Source: a virus
Length of the DNA: 49,789 bases
IMG/VR virus record: IMGVR_UViG_3300017987_000024
Location: 1-49,789 of that record
Strand: one strand, 5' to 3'
Part shown: piece after piece, positions 35,975 to 43,237 of the stretch
Numbering within the stretch: the first letter of the stretch is position 1
How the letters are laid out: every line of letters starts with the position of its first letter
The notes under the pieces: model-generated
Databases searched by the model: none
Told to the model about the DNA's origin: nothing
The model's input: only the letters and a program-made list of their open reading frames with translations
Position numbers and translations under genes: made by a program

Positions 35975-36340
35975 TTACCCATCATACAGCGAGATCGGGG
36001 TTGTGTTTGTATTGAACGGCAGGGCCCGTACGAACACCACCTGAACGTCCGACTCAGCGAGAATCCTGTCCACCTCCAGGGCTACCGCAGAGTATCCGAG
36101 TTTCTTCAGCGTTCGGTATTCCTTCTCGGTGAACCATCTACGCAGGTGGGACGGGTTGTTGCAACCCGAGCCCAGTCGTTCTCCAGGGAGAACTGCTTTG
36201 AGAACCCCAGGAAACTCAACAAAGAATGGGGCCAAGAGCATGTGGTCGGGGCGGGGCTGTACCCACACGCGAGAGAACCCAGGTCGCCACGGCCCCCTGC
36301 CCTCAGTGTCTTGGACGCGAAATACAAGGCGACGTCTCAT
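35975..36340 (-). CDS. Hypothetical protein
   Basis: ORF 35975..36439. The ATG at 36340 has GAGGAA 7 nt upstream. An alternative start is at 36367. Confidence 0.55.
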   Translation of the reverse strand: MRRRLVFRVQDTEGRGPWRPGFSRVWVQPRPDHMLLAPFFVEFPGVLKAVLPGERLGSGCNNPSHLRRWFTEKEYRTLKKLGYSAVALEVDRILAESDVQVVFVRALPFNTNTTPISLYDG

Positions 36341-36372
36341 CTTCTCATTCCTCAGCGGTTCGTCCATACAGT

Positions 36373-36403
36373 CCAAAATAAAGGCCGGGCGAATGGCCGC
36401 CCG
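36373..36403 (-). terminator. Rho-independent terminator after the second beta-barrel gene
   Basis: Minus strand: CGGGCG-GCCATT-CGCCCG followed by GCCTTTATTTTGG. Confidence 0.6.
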
Positions 36404-36428
36404 ACCTTCGGTAGGAGGTTGGTGTGCG

Positions 36429-36968
36429 TTAGAATTCAAACGGGGCCAGGCCGAACCGAAGCATCGGCCCCGACGTCAGTAGGTCGCCCGGTACGCCCGG
36501 CGCATCGACCGCGCCTCCTTCGGCCAGTTGATAGACCCATTCGACGTAGACCGGGCCCACGCCGACACCCGGGCCCGCCGCCAGCACTCCCATCATATCG
36601 CCCTCAAACGGGTTAATCACCTTGGCCTCGCCAATGACGTAGGTCCGGCCCGTCAGCGTCTCCGGCAGGTTGAGCAGGTCTCCCGTCGAGCCCAGCCAAT
36701 CGGCGATTGGAACCACCGCGTTCGGATCGACCTGCATCTCCACCTGGACCCCGAGCCCCCAGAGAGCGTCGCTGTCGAGGTCCTCGTTGTCCGCCCAGTC
36801 CACCAGCGGGCCGACGGACCAGCCGCCCTCCTCGCCGACGTCGAACAGGTACGACACGCCCACGCCCGCCGTATCCCAGTCCATCCAGGCTTTCGGTCGG
36901 TCTCCGTAGACGGTCGTACAGAGGACCATGCTCGCGATCGCTACCACAAATGCCATCCATGTCTTCAT
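36429..36968 (-). CDS. Second outer-membrane beta-barrel-like secreted protein
   Basis: Signal peptide MKTWMAFVVAIASMVLCTTVYG, amphipathic beta pattern and C-terminal LAPFEF (terminal Phe). Confidence 0.6.
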   Translation of the reverse strand: MKTWMAFVVAIASMVLCTTVYGDRPKAWMDWDTAGVGVSYLFDVGEEGGWSVGPLVDWADNEDLDSDALWGLGVQVEMQVDPNAVVPIADWLGSTGDLLNLPETLTGRTYVIGEAKVINPFEGDMMGVLAAGPGVGVGPVYVEWVYQLAEGGAVDAPGVPGDLLTSGPMLRFGLAPFEF

Positions 36969-36998
36969 CTTGCATTCCCTTCAAAAGAGTTTTCGACC

Positions 36999-37166
36999 TC
37001 AATACCAGGTCGTTTGTCGGTCTATTTGCGCCATGCGTCGAAGGAAGGCCCGGTGCTTAACGGCCTCAATACAGGCATTGTGGATCAGTCGCCTGCGCCG
37101 TCGCGTTGCCGGTTGGCCCGTCCAGATGGGCCTATGGCACCGAAGGCAGATTCCGCGATGGGTCAT
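36999..37166 (-). CDS. Small Cys/His-containing basic protein (55 aa)
   Basis: MTHRGICLRCHRPIW.... The ATG overlaps the upstream stop as TAATG. The longer track ORF 36999..37244 would overlap the upstream gene. Confidence 0.4.
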   Translation of the reverse strand: MTHRGICLRCHRPIWTGQPATRRRRRLIHNACIEAVKHRAFLRRMAQIDRQTTWY

Positions 37167-37420
37167 TACAGCCACCTCGTTTTTCGGGGCCGCGACGCAA
37201 CGCCTTCTTTCCCTGCTCGGGCACGGCGCAGGCATATCTGACACAGTCCGGCAGCACCTACATTATTCCGGAATATCGAGTACCCCTCCCCGCCGCTGCG
37301 ATTCCATCCCCGTGCGCACATCGGCAACCCAGGGTCGGCGCAAGTGCCCTTATACAAGTGGGCTACGAGGTGCTGGTCGTTTCTGTCAAGTCCGCTTATG
37401 TACCCCTTGGGGATGCTCAT
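37166..37420 (-). CDS. Hypothetical Cys-containing protein (possible His-Me/HNH-type finger, weak)
   Basis: ORF trimmed to the ATG at 37420 (MSIPKGY...). The CADPGLPMCARGW...GLCQICLRRARAG pattern is only suggestive. Confidence 0.45.
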   Translation of the reverse strand: MSIPKGYISGLDRNDQHLVAHLYKGTCADPGLPMCARGWNRSGGEGYSIFRNNVGAAGLCQICLRRARAGKEGVASRPRKTRWL

Positions 37421-37434
37421 CTTGCGACCCTTCA

Positions 37435-37469
37435 AAAAGTGTTGGCTTGGTGCTTCCAGAGTGCCAAGC
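37435..37469 (-). terminator. Possible intrinsic terminator
   Basis: Minus strand: GCTTGG, 13 nt, CCAAGC, then CAACACTTTTT. Confidence 0.35.
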
Positions 37470-37482
37470 TGGTGCGGGGCTG

Positions 37483-37800
37483 TCAAGTCTTCTCGGCCTC
37501 GATCTCGGCGATGAGTTCGTCTATCCGCAGTGCTAACGTTTGCAGTGTCTGGCCCGGATTGCCTTGAGCCTCAAGCTCGATGAGCCCACCCATTGTTTCC
37601 AAACCACTTAGCGCCTTGTCCCTCTGGCGGACGAGGGAGTCGTGGGAGTTGATCGCCTCGGCCGCGTACTGGATCTGCTCGGGCGTGGGGTCTGTAAGCC
37701 TCTCGCCGTCCTCGGTGGCGAGGGCCCAGCCCTGGCGCGACTCGGGCTTGACGAGGCTTGGATAATGCTTGGCCACCAGCTTCGGAAACGGGTTCTTCAT
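37483..37800 (-). CDS. Hypothetical 105-aa protein
   Basis: ORF 37483..38040 trimmed to the ATG at 37800 after GAGGAGG. Confidence 0.65.
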   Translation of the reverse strand: MKNPFPKLVAKHYPSLVKPESRQGWALATEDGERLTDPTPEQIQYAAEAINSHDSLVRQRDKALSGLETMGGLIELEAQGNPGQTLQTLALRIDELIAEIEAEKT

Positions 37801-37979
37801 GGCGATGTCCTCCTCACTTCCCCGCGCACCTTTAGGCAGCGCAGGCATAAATGGCTGTGGTAGACTCGCCCATCGGGCGGCGGCGGAATCAGTTCGTGCC
37901 AGCGATGTCCCCGCAGCACACAGACCCACCCCATCAACCACGTCTGCCGCCGAACCCAGCACATCCACGGCTTTGTCAT
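37797..37979 (-). CDS. Tiny Trp/Cys-rich protein (60 aa)
   Basis: The ATG at 37979 follows GAAGGAGAA. ATGA coupling to the next gene. Confidence 0.55.
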   Translation of the reverse strand: MTKPWMCWVRRQTWLMGWVCVLRGHRWHELIPPPPDGRVYHSHLCLRCLKVRGEVRRTSP

Positions 37980-38152
37980 CGTTTTCTCCTTCGCATCTTC
38001 TCGCGGCCGAGCCGATAGTGCGCCTCGCCGCAATAGCCATTGATCTGCGGCTCCCGCGATTTGTTCAACCCGCACTGGGAACAGCAGTGGAAGATCACCT
38101 TGCAGCTCGGCCACTTGCATTTCTGGGTATATTTGTAGCACCCGGTCCTCAT
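37976..38152 (-). CDS. Tiny Cys-rich zinc-finger-like protein (58 aa)
   Basis: MRTGCYKYTQKCKWPSCKVIFHCCSQCG.... ATGA overlaps at both ends. Confidence 0.55.
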   Translation of the reverse strand: MRTGCYKYTQKCKWPSCKVIFHCCSQCGLNKSREPQINGYCGEAHYRLGREKMRRRKR

Positions 38153-38340
38153 GTCACTTGCTCCACGAGCCCGACAAAATCCGCGAACCCCTGCCGTTCG
38201 TCCTCGCATGGATGCCATGCATATCGCAGGGGACTGTCGGGTTGCTTGAGGGCCACAAGGGCCTCGCTAAATCGTATCTCCGCATCCCGGCAAAAGACCT
38301 CGCCGCAATTGCGGCAATGATATTCAAGCTTCCACGCCAT
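38149..38340 (-). CDS. Tiny CxxC protein (63 aa)
   Basis: MAWKLEYHCRNCGEVFC.... The start lies just after the upstream stop. Confidence 0.55.
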   Translation of the reverse strand: MAWKLEYHCRNCGEVFCRDAEIRFSEALVALKQPDSPLRYAWHPCEDERQGFADFVGLVEQVT

Positions 38341-38342
38341 TG

Positions 38343-38849
38343 TCACGGTCTCCACTTGCCCAGGGCTACGAGGCAGCAGGCAATTTGCTCGTGCGGCTCG
38401 GCTCGGAATGCGAGCCACCGCAAAACGGTCTCGCGATCATAACCACGGCTATCAACTCGATCTTTGCCATGATGGACAAACGCTGCGCGACACAATAACA
38501 AGTCCTCCCCAACCTCCGAAATACAGCGAGCCTTTAAGTCTCTCTCTACCACCTCTGGCGGGTCGGTCAGCTTGGGAGGAAAACAACATCCTTTCTCGTT
38601 TTCATTTAGGTCAAAGACAATCTCCCCAAGCTTTTTCTCCTCCGAGCAGAACTTGAGCCATACCTCAGAGTCGTGGCTGATTGTCTGGCCACACTTGGAA
38701 CAGTGGAACAGATTGGATATCTCCCGGTTTATCTGCCACTCGTGCGCCCACGGCCCCTCCGTCACCACCCTCGACACCTCCAGCCAGAACTTCTCCGGGT
38801 CGGTTTTGAATCGCTCTAGCATCTCGGCGGCACTGGGTTTCTCAATCAT
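38343..38849 (-). CDS. Hypothetical 168-aa protein
   Basis: ORF trimmed to the ATG at 38849 with ATGA overlap with the upstream gene. Contains CSKCG. Confidence 0.6.
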   Translation of the reverse strand: MIEKPSAAEMLERFKTDPEKFWLEVSRVVTEGPWAHEWQINREISNLFHCSKCGQTISHDSEVWLKFCSEEKKLGEIVFDLNENEKGCCFPPKLTDPPEVVERDLKARCISEVGEDLLLCRAAFVHHGKDRVDSRGYDRETVLRWLAFRAEPHEQIACCLVALGKWRP

Positions 38850-39100
38850 CTTGGCTCTCCTGGCACGCACTCCGGGCATATGTCTCTCACAAACCGCACG
38901 GCCATTGCGGCGACTTGGATTGCCTCCTTGTAACAGTGCGCTCGCGTTCCCGTCTTCGACTTGATCTCGTCCCATAGTTCGTCCACTTCTTCCTTGAGCA
39001 CGGCATATCCCTCATGGCTATTATGGAAGTTGCCGAAGGACTTAGAAGCGCCTTGTAGCTCCAGGAGTACATCTTTGACAATGCGATCTTCAATGCTCAT
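38846..39100 (-). CDS. MazG-like all-alpha NTP pyrophosphohydrolase (putative)
   Basis: HEGYAVLKEEVDELWDEI resembles the EExxE core of MazG-type enzymes. Confidence 0.5.
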   Translation of the reverse strand: MSIEDRIVKDVLLELQGASKSFGNFHNSHEGYAVLKEEVDELWDEIKSKTGTRAHCYKEAIQVAAMAVRFVRDICPECVPGEPR

Positions 39101-39112
39101 TATGTCCCGTCC

Positions 39113-39141
39113 TTAAAAAGCCCCGCCCGCGAAAGCGGGGC
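39113..39141 (-). terminator. Rho-independent terminator
   Basis: Minus strand: GCCCCGC-TTTCGCGG-GCGGGGC followed by TTTTTAAGG. Confidence 0.7.
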
Positions 39142-39265
39142 CCTCGAAAAAGCAATGTGGGTCGAAGGTTCCTGAATAGACCTCTCTTGGTTTAAGCTCT
39201 CTCGAACACGCACGTCTGATTCCGTATCTCGCGCGACCCCCTTTCCGGCGAATGATGATTCGCCC

Positions 39266-40129
39266 CTACGTGAATAACCCCTGCTGGCCGCTGCGGTCGT
39301 TGGTCAACAGGACTTCGATCGCCTTGGTGTTGTTCGTGCCCCGCCGTCCTTGATGGGCCAGGGCCTTGGACACGTCGATCTTGTGCTTCGTCCAGCCCGG
39401 ATACAGCTCGGCCAGTTGCTCGTGCTCGTAGTAACTGACGACGACGCGGGCCTGCTTGAATCGGTCTAGGGCGGCCGCGAGACGCACGTGGTCTTCAGGC
39501 TCGAAGTCGTGGACGTATTTGAACCCCTTCTCAAAATAGGGCGGATCACAATAGATGGCGGTCCCGGCCTTATCCTCGATTCGTTCGGCCACCTCAAATA
39601 TGTCTCGGCGAAGAATGGTGACATTGAGCAAGCGATAGTGCCAAGCCGGAATGCTCTCGACCACGGACCGCCATCGCTTGGCGGCGTGGCCCCCGTTGGC
39701 CGTGTAGCGCACGCAAAAGCCGTATTTGGAATTACGAGCACCTGCAACCCCATTGCGACCCAGCCATGAAGCCAAGAGGTAATCGAACGCCCTCTCAACA
39801 TGTGGAATATCACTCTCTGCGGTTCGGTGTTCGAGTAGCCGCTGCCTTGCGTCAGCGAACAGTTCATCTGACATCAGCGTCCGGGCCGCCCTACCGTAGA
39901 GATCAATCGCCATGTCCTCGTCCTGCAAGACAAAGGCCAGATTCGTCATGTCCCCGTGCAGGTCCACGGCGGTCTCCATGACGCACGGCTCCTTGGCCAG
40001 CAGGACCGCCAGCGACCCGGCGCACAGCTCCCAATAGACCCGATGTTTGCCGAGCTGCTCGATGATCTTCCCCGCCAGGTTGCGCTTGGCCCCGGCCCAC
40101 GGTGCGATCGCCTTGATCTTCATTGTCAT
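39266..40129 (-). CDS. dam: DNA adenine methyltransferase (Dam/D12 class)
   Basis: N-terminal APWAGAKRNLAGKI and the catalytic YCDPPYFEKG motif. Confidence 0.9.
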   Translation of the reverse strand: MTMKIKAIAPWAGAKRNLAGKIIEQLGKHRVYWELCAGSLAVLLAKEPCVMETAVDLHGDMTNLAFVLQDEDMAIDLYGRAARTLMSDELFADARQRLLEHRTAESDIPHVERAFDYLLASWLGRNGVAGARNSKYGFCVRYTANGGHAAKRWRSVVESIPAWHYRLLNVTILRRDIFEVAERIEDKAGTAIYCDPPYFEKGFKYVHDFEPEDHVRLAAALDRFKQARVVVSYYEHEQLAELYPGWTKHKIDVSKALAHQGRRGTNNTKAIEVLLTNDRSGQQGLFT

Positions 40130-40323
40130 TCGGCCCCCACGTAGATGCGCCCGGAATGCTCCGTCTCCGGCGAGACCGGGCCTTGCGACTCGCGATAGTC
40201 TTGATGTGCCTTCTGCCGCTGCCTCGGCGTCAAGACCGGCGGTGCGGGCGGCTCGACCACCGGGGGCACGCAGCCGGCCAGCAGCAGCAGGATCAGGAGC
40301 AGCCAGTTTCGTTTACGTTTCAT
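40126..40323 (-). CDS. Small lipoprotein (65 aa)
   Basis: MKRKRNWLLLILLLLAGC lipobox followed by a Pro-rich stretch. ATGA overlaps with both methyltransferase genes. Confidence 0.65.
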   Translation of the reverse strand: MKRKRNWLLLILLLLAGCVPPVVEPPAPPVLTPRQRQKAHQDYRESQGPVSPETEHSGRIYVGAE

Positions 40324-41003
40324 CGGTTATCCTTTCGCTTGAGTACCGTCAGTAATTCCCTGCCGATGTACTCGGTGTAGGCGGGGGGAATTGCCTGGGC
40401 GATTTCAGCTCTTGTCATCCAGGGCACCCCCATGGCAATTCGCCCAGATCGAGCCTGAAAGTTGTGCCCGGCGCAAGTAATGTATGGCGACTTGTCCAAG
40501 GCGTGATACTCGCCCTTGGACTTGCCCATTCGATGGGTATGATTACAAGGCCCTGGTGGTTTGATCTTGAAACCATGGCACTCGAACAGGCGATGGCGAT
40601 AGACCTTTAGCTCTGGGAACATCGTTCCGCACAAAATGATATAGTCCTGTAGCGGCGCACCTGGGACGTTCTCCATGACGAAGGGACGTTTTGTTGCAGC
40701 CAATCGTGCGCGTGTTGCCGCAACATAATCTGGGTGCTCTTTTTTCCAGGGCTGCCCATTGTGAATATTCGTTGCCACGCTATATTTTTGACACGGCGGG
40801 CTGGCGTGGAAGGCGTCGAAGTGCGGCCCCAAAACAGCAAGGGCTTCAAAGGCGTCCTTCTCGTAGAACTCAAACGGGTAGTTCGGTTGAGGCTTGTTGT
40901 CAACGCCGACAACTTCAAACCCGGCGCGATGGTAGCCCATGGCCGCACCGCCAGCACCACAAAACAGATCAAGCAACCTTGGGGGCTTCAACATCGTCCT
41001 CAC
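40320..41003 (-). CDS. Short DNA cytosine-5 methyltransferase (227 aa)
   Basis: Motif I DLFCGAGG, motif IV SPPCQKYS, motif VI FVMENVPG and C-terminal AQAIPPAYTEYIG. The target-recognition region is very short. An alternative start is the ATG at 40994. Confidence 0.85.
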   Translation of the reverse strand: MRTMLKPPRLLDLFCGAGGAAMGYHRAGFEVVGVDNKPQPNYPFEFYEKDAFEALAVLGPHFDAFHASPPCQKYSVATNIHNGQPWKKEHPDYVAATRARLAATKRPFVMENVPGAPLQDYIILCGTMFPELKVYRHRLFECHGFKIKPPGPCNHTHRMGKSKGEYHALDKSPYITCAGHNFQARSGRIAMGVPWMTRAEIAQAIPPAYTEYIGRELLTVLKRKDNR

Positions 41004-41064
41004 TTGTATCCCAATCCCTCTGTTCCAGGTTCTGCCGTTTCGCCCAGGCGGTTTTCGCCTGCTT

Positions 41065-41208
41065 CTAGTCGGCCTTGCGCGGCCCTTGGAGCCCGCAGGT
41101 CATGCAGGCCACGAAATACTCGTCGTTTGCCCCGTCGTACGTCGCGACCACATCATGCCCCGCGCCGTTCGGGCAGGCCGCCGGTTCTGTGTTCTGCTTC
41201 CTCGCCAT
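41065..41208 (-). CDS. Lar-like zinc-ribbon small ORF (47 aa) ending at an in-frame TAG; not in the ORF track
   Basis: My own translation gives MARKQNTEPAACPNGAGHDVVATYDGANDEYFVACMTCGLQGPRKAD*. The same frame continues KQAKTAWAKRQN... to 40969. Confidence 0.4.
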   Translation of the reverse strand: MARKQNTEPAACPNGAGHDVVATYDGANDEYFVACMTCGLQGPRKAD

Positions 41209-41557
41209 CTTCTATCACGCCTCCGGGCCTATCACCTTTGCTGCGAACATGTTCAATCGCCTTTCCGTCTCCCAGGTCGGGCCCCCAGTCGCGGTCGCGG
41301 TTGATCCTCGCTTTGCGGGCCAATGCGTTACATATCTGTCGCGGTGTGTAGCCGCACCGCCATGCCCCATCAAGAGCCAGTATCACCACATCGGCCCATT
41401 CATAGAGGTCCTCTGGATTATCAGCGATCTCCACCAGCTCCTTCTTGATGTGGTCGATGAGCCCTGCGGTTCGCGGGCCTTTGCCAAACGTCTTCGCCGA
41501 CCATTGAATCTGCTCTAAAATGTAAGTCTCAAGGTTGAATCTCATTGTTCCCGCCAC
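41153..41557 (-). CDS. DUF550/MazG-like dNTP pyrophosphohydrolase
   Basis: WSAKTFG...GLIDHIKKELVEI...EWADVVILALDGAWRCGY...KARINRDRDW pattern. The GTG at 41557 lies 9 nt after GGAGG. An alternative ATG is at 41545. Confidence 0.7.
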   Translation of the reverse strand: MAGTMRFNLETYILEQIQWSAKTFGKGPRTAGLIDHIKKELVEIADNPEDLYEWADVVILALDGAWRCGYTPRQICNALARKARINRDRDWGPDLGDGKAIEHVRSKGDRPGGVIEDGEEAEHRTGGLPERRGA

Positions 41558-41578
41558 GGTCTCAGTCCTCCATTCGTC

Positions 41579-41650
41579 TGAAAATGGCCGGGCGCGGCCC
41601 CGTTGAATGAGTTCGGCATGTAGCACTCATTTCGGCCGCGCTCGGCCCGG
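41579..41650 (-). terminator. GC-rich compound hairpin plus U-tract in the operon leader
   Basis: Minus strand: CCGGGCCGAGCGCGGCC pairs with GGCCGCGCCCGGCC (8+5 bp). It encloses ATGAGT/ACTCAT and is followed by ATTTTCAG. Confidence 0.45.
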
Positions 41651-41660
41651 GCGGCAGATT

Positions 41661-41677
41661 TTGTGAGCCAATCACAA
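41661..41677. promoter_or_regulatory. Palindromic operator-like site TTGTGA-N5-TCACAA
   Basis: A perfect 6+6 palindrome directly downstream of the candidate -10. Confidence 0.45.
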
Positions 41678-41678
41678 C

Positions 41679-41706
41679 AATATATCCGCCGTCATCAAAT
41701 TGTCTG
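41679..41706 (-). promoter_or_regulatory. Candidate promoter
   Basis: Minus strand: CAGACA, 16 nt, TATATT, in a ~320-bp non-coding gap. Confidence 0.4.
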
Positions 41707-41879
41707 ACCGCTAGTGCATCGGCGTCTCCTCCAAAACATCGCTTGCCGTCGTCCTTGACAAGGGGCCTAGCGTCCGTTCTAAGCCACGTTCTGTTTATCC
41801 CGCCCGCTTGGCCGCGTCGCCTCTGGCCGTGGCTGTCGCGACAGGGGCGGGCTTGGAATCAGGGTGTACGCGGGCGGTC

Positions 41880-42428
41880 TCATCGCGGATAGCAGGATTC
41901 TCCACCGTCAATCGCCTGAACCGCCTTGCCCAGCCTCATTCGGGCGTCCTCCAAGTGGCGATAGGCTAGCGTTACGTTGGCCCCAATCTCCCCCTTCAGG
42001 ACATGGCCGCCTCGTAGGACTCCGACAAAGTCTTTGAGTTTTTCTATCTCCTTTCTGCCTTCAAAGCAGAGTTCTTTGACTACTTGGTCGCCAGTGGGGG
42101 GCGTTGCTACTTCTGCTGCTGCCGGAGGATCTGTCATGGGTTGTTCTCCTGTGTCTAGGGCTGCCGTGACGGCGTCTGCCCAGTTGTCATCGAGGTCGTG
42201 GTCGGTCCACGACTCACAGTGTCCACTTCGCCGCATCGCGTTACGCACGGTCATTCCTTCCCGGAGGTGAACAGGGTGCGGGATGGGCCGGTTCGATTTC
42301 ATGCCAAAGACAGGCGACACCTCGCCAGTCCAACGCCTCAAGCGGCGGAAGAAGGCCAGCCCTCGCGGACCCAGCCAATCGTGCAGATAGGCGACCAACT
42401 CTGGCGTGAGTGTTTTCTTCATAGCCAT
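41880..42428 (-). CDS. Hypothetical 182-aa protein
   Basis: Track ORF. C-terminal helix ANVTLAYRHLEDARMRLGKAVQ. Confidence 0.65.
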   Translation of the reverse strand: MAMKKTLTPELVAYLHDWLGPRGLAFFRRLRRWTGEVSPVFGMKSNRPIPHPVHLREGMTVRNAMRRSGHCESWTDHDLDDNWADAVTAALDTGEQPMTDPPAAAEVATPPTGDQVVKELCFEGRKEIEKLKDFVGVLRGGHVLKGEIGANVTLAYRHLEDARMRLGKAVQAIDGGESCYPR

Positions 42429-42703
42429 CCCAGCTTCCGGCGGTAGTGGTCCTGGCTATACCACCACCTGCCGAGGATGCAGATGTTCGCGACTTTCCTG
42501 CAACCGCAGGCGCACCGCGGCGACGGTTTCGGCTCAGGTTTGCGGGGCTTCGGGCCCGCCTCGATCTCGTCGAGCAGGGCGAGGCAGACGTCGGCTAAGC
42601 AGGCCGCTTCGGTCAACGTACGAGCGAGCCGAATCTGCTTTATCTTCTCCCGCAACCGGCACATCCCAGAGGGTTTGTTCGTCGAGGCTCTTGTCTTGGC
42701 CAT
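42419..42703 (-). CDS. Hypothetical 94-aa protein
   Basis: ORF trimmed to the ATG at 42703 after a strong AGGAGG. Confidence 0.6.
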   Translation of the reverse strand: MAKTRASTNKPSGMCRLREKIKQIRLARTLTEAACLADVCLALLDEIEAGPKPRKPEPKPSPRCACGCRKVANICILGRWWYSQDHYRRKLGWL

Positions 42704-42784
42704 GGTCGGCCTCCTGTCTCTTGGCAATGATCTGCTCGAATATCCGGTTGACGCGGGCGTGGCCTGCGGCGCGCTCCTCGGGCG

Positions 42785-43237
42785 TCATGGCTCCAGGCTG
42801 AGCATCGCGCTCTGAACGTCGAAGGGCGTGGGCTCGCGGAGGTGGATCTGTATCCCCGGCGTCTTGCCGTACACCCGGTAGACGGGCAGCGGAATCACCT
42901 GGCGGTCGTCCTTCCAGAAGATCCCGTTCAAGGCGTCGCCCACGAACTTTAGGACATTGTCTGCGTCCGGCGTACTGGTATACCAGTAGGGCGCGGTCTC
43001 CTTGAGCAGATGGGCGTTGCGGCCGGTGCGATAATGGCACTTCGGCCGAGCGAATACGCAGGTCAACTGCAAGCAGACCGGCCCCAGGATCGGCTCATCC
43101 GGCCGGTTCGCCATCGCCTTGCCCAGGAAGTCCTTCTTGTCTCCGGCACTGGGGTCGTAATGGATTCCGGTCTTGGTGGAGCGATGGCGCTTGAGGCCCT
43201 TCGGATTGCCGGGAACAAAAAAGCTAATCGGTGTCAT
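42785..43237 (-). CDS. rusA: RusA Holliday-junction resolvase
   Basis: PKGLKRHR...PDADNVLKFVGDALNGIFWKDDRQV is the typical RusA pattern. Confidence 0.85.
   Translation of the reverse strand: MTPISFFVPGNPKGLKRHRSTKTGIHYDPSAGDKKDFLGKAMANRPDEPILGPVCLQLTCVFARPKCHYRTGRNAHLLKETAPYWYTSTPDADNVLKFVGDALNGIFWKDDRQVIPLPVYRVYGKTPGIQIHLREPTPFDVQSAMLSLEP

Noticed and set aside
41661-41677. Resemblance of TTGTGA-N5-TCACAA to the CRP/FNR consensus TGTGA-N6-TCACA.
   Set aside because: The spacer is 5 nt rather than 6, and the host is unknown. It is treated only as a generic palindromic operator.
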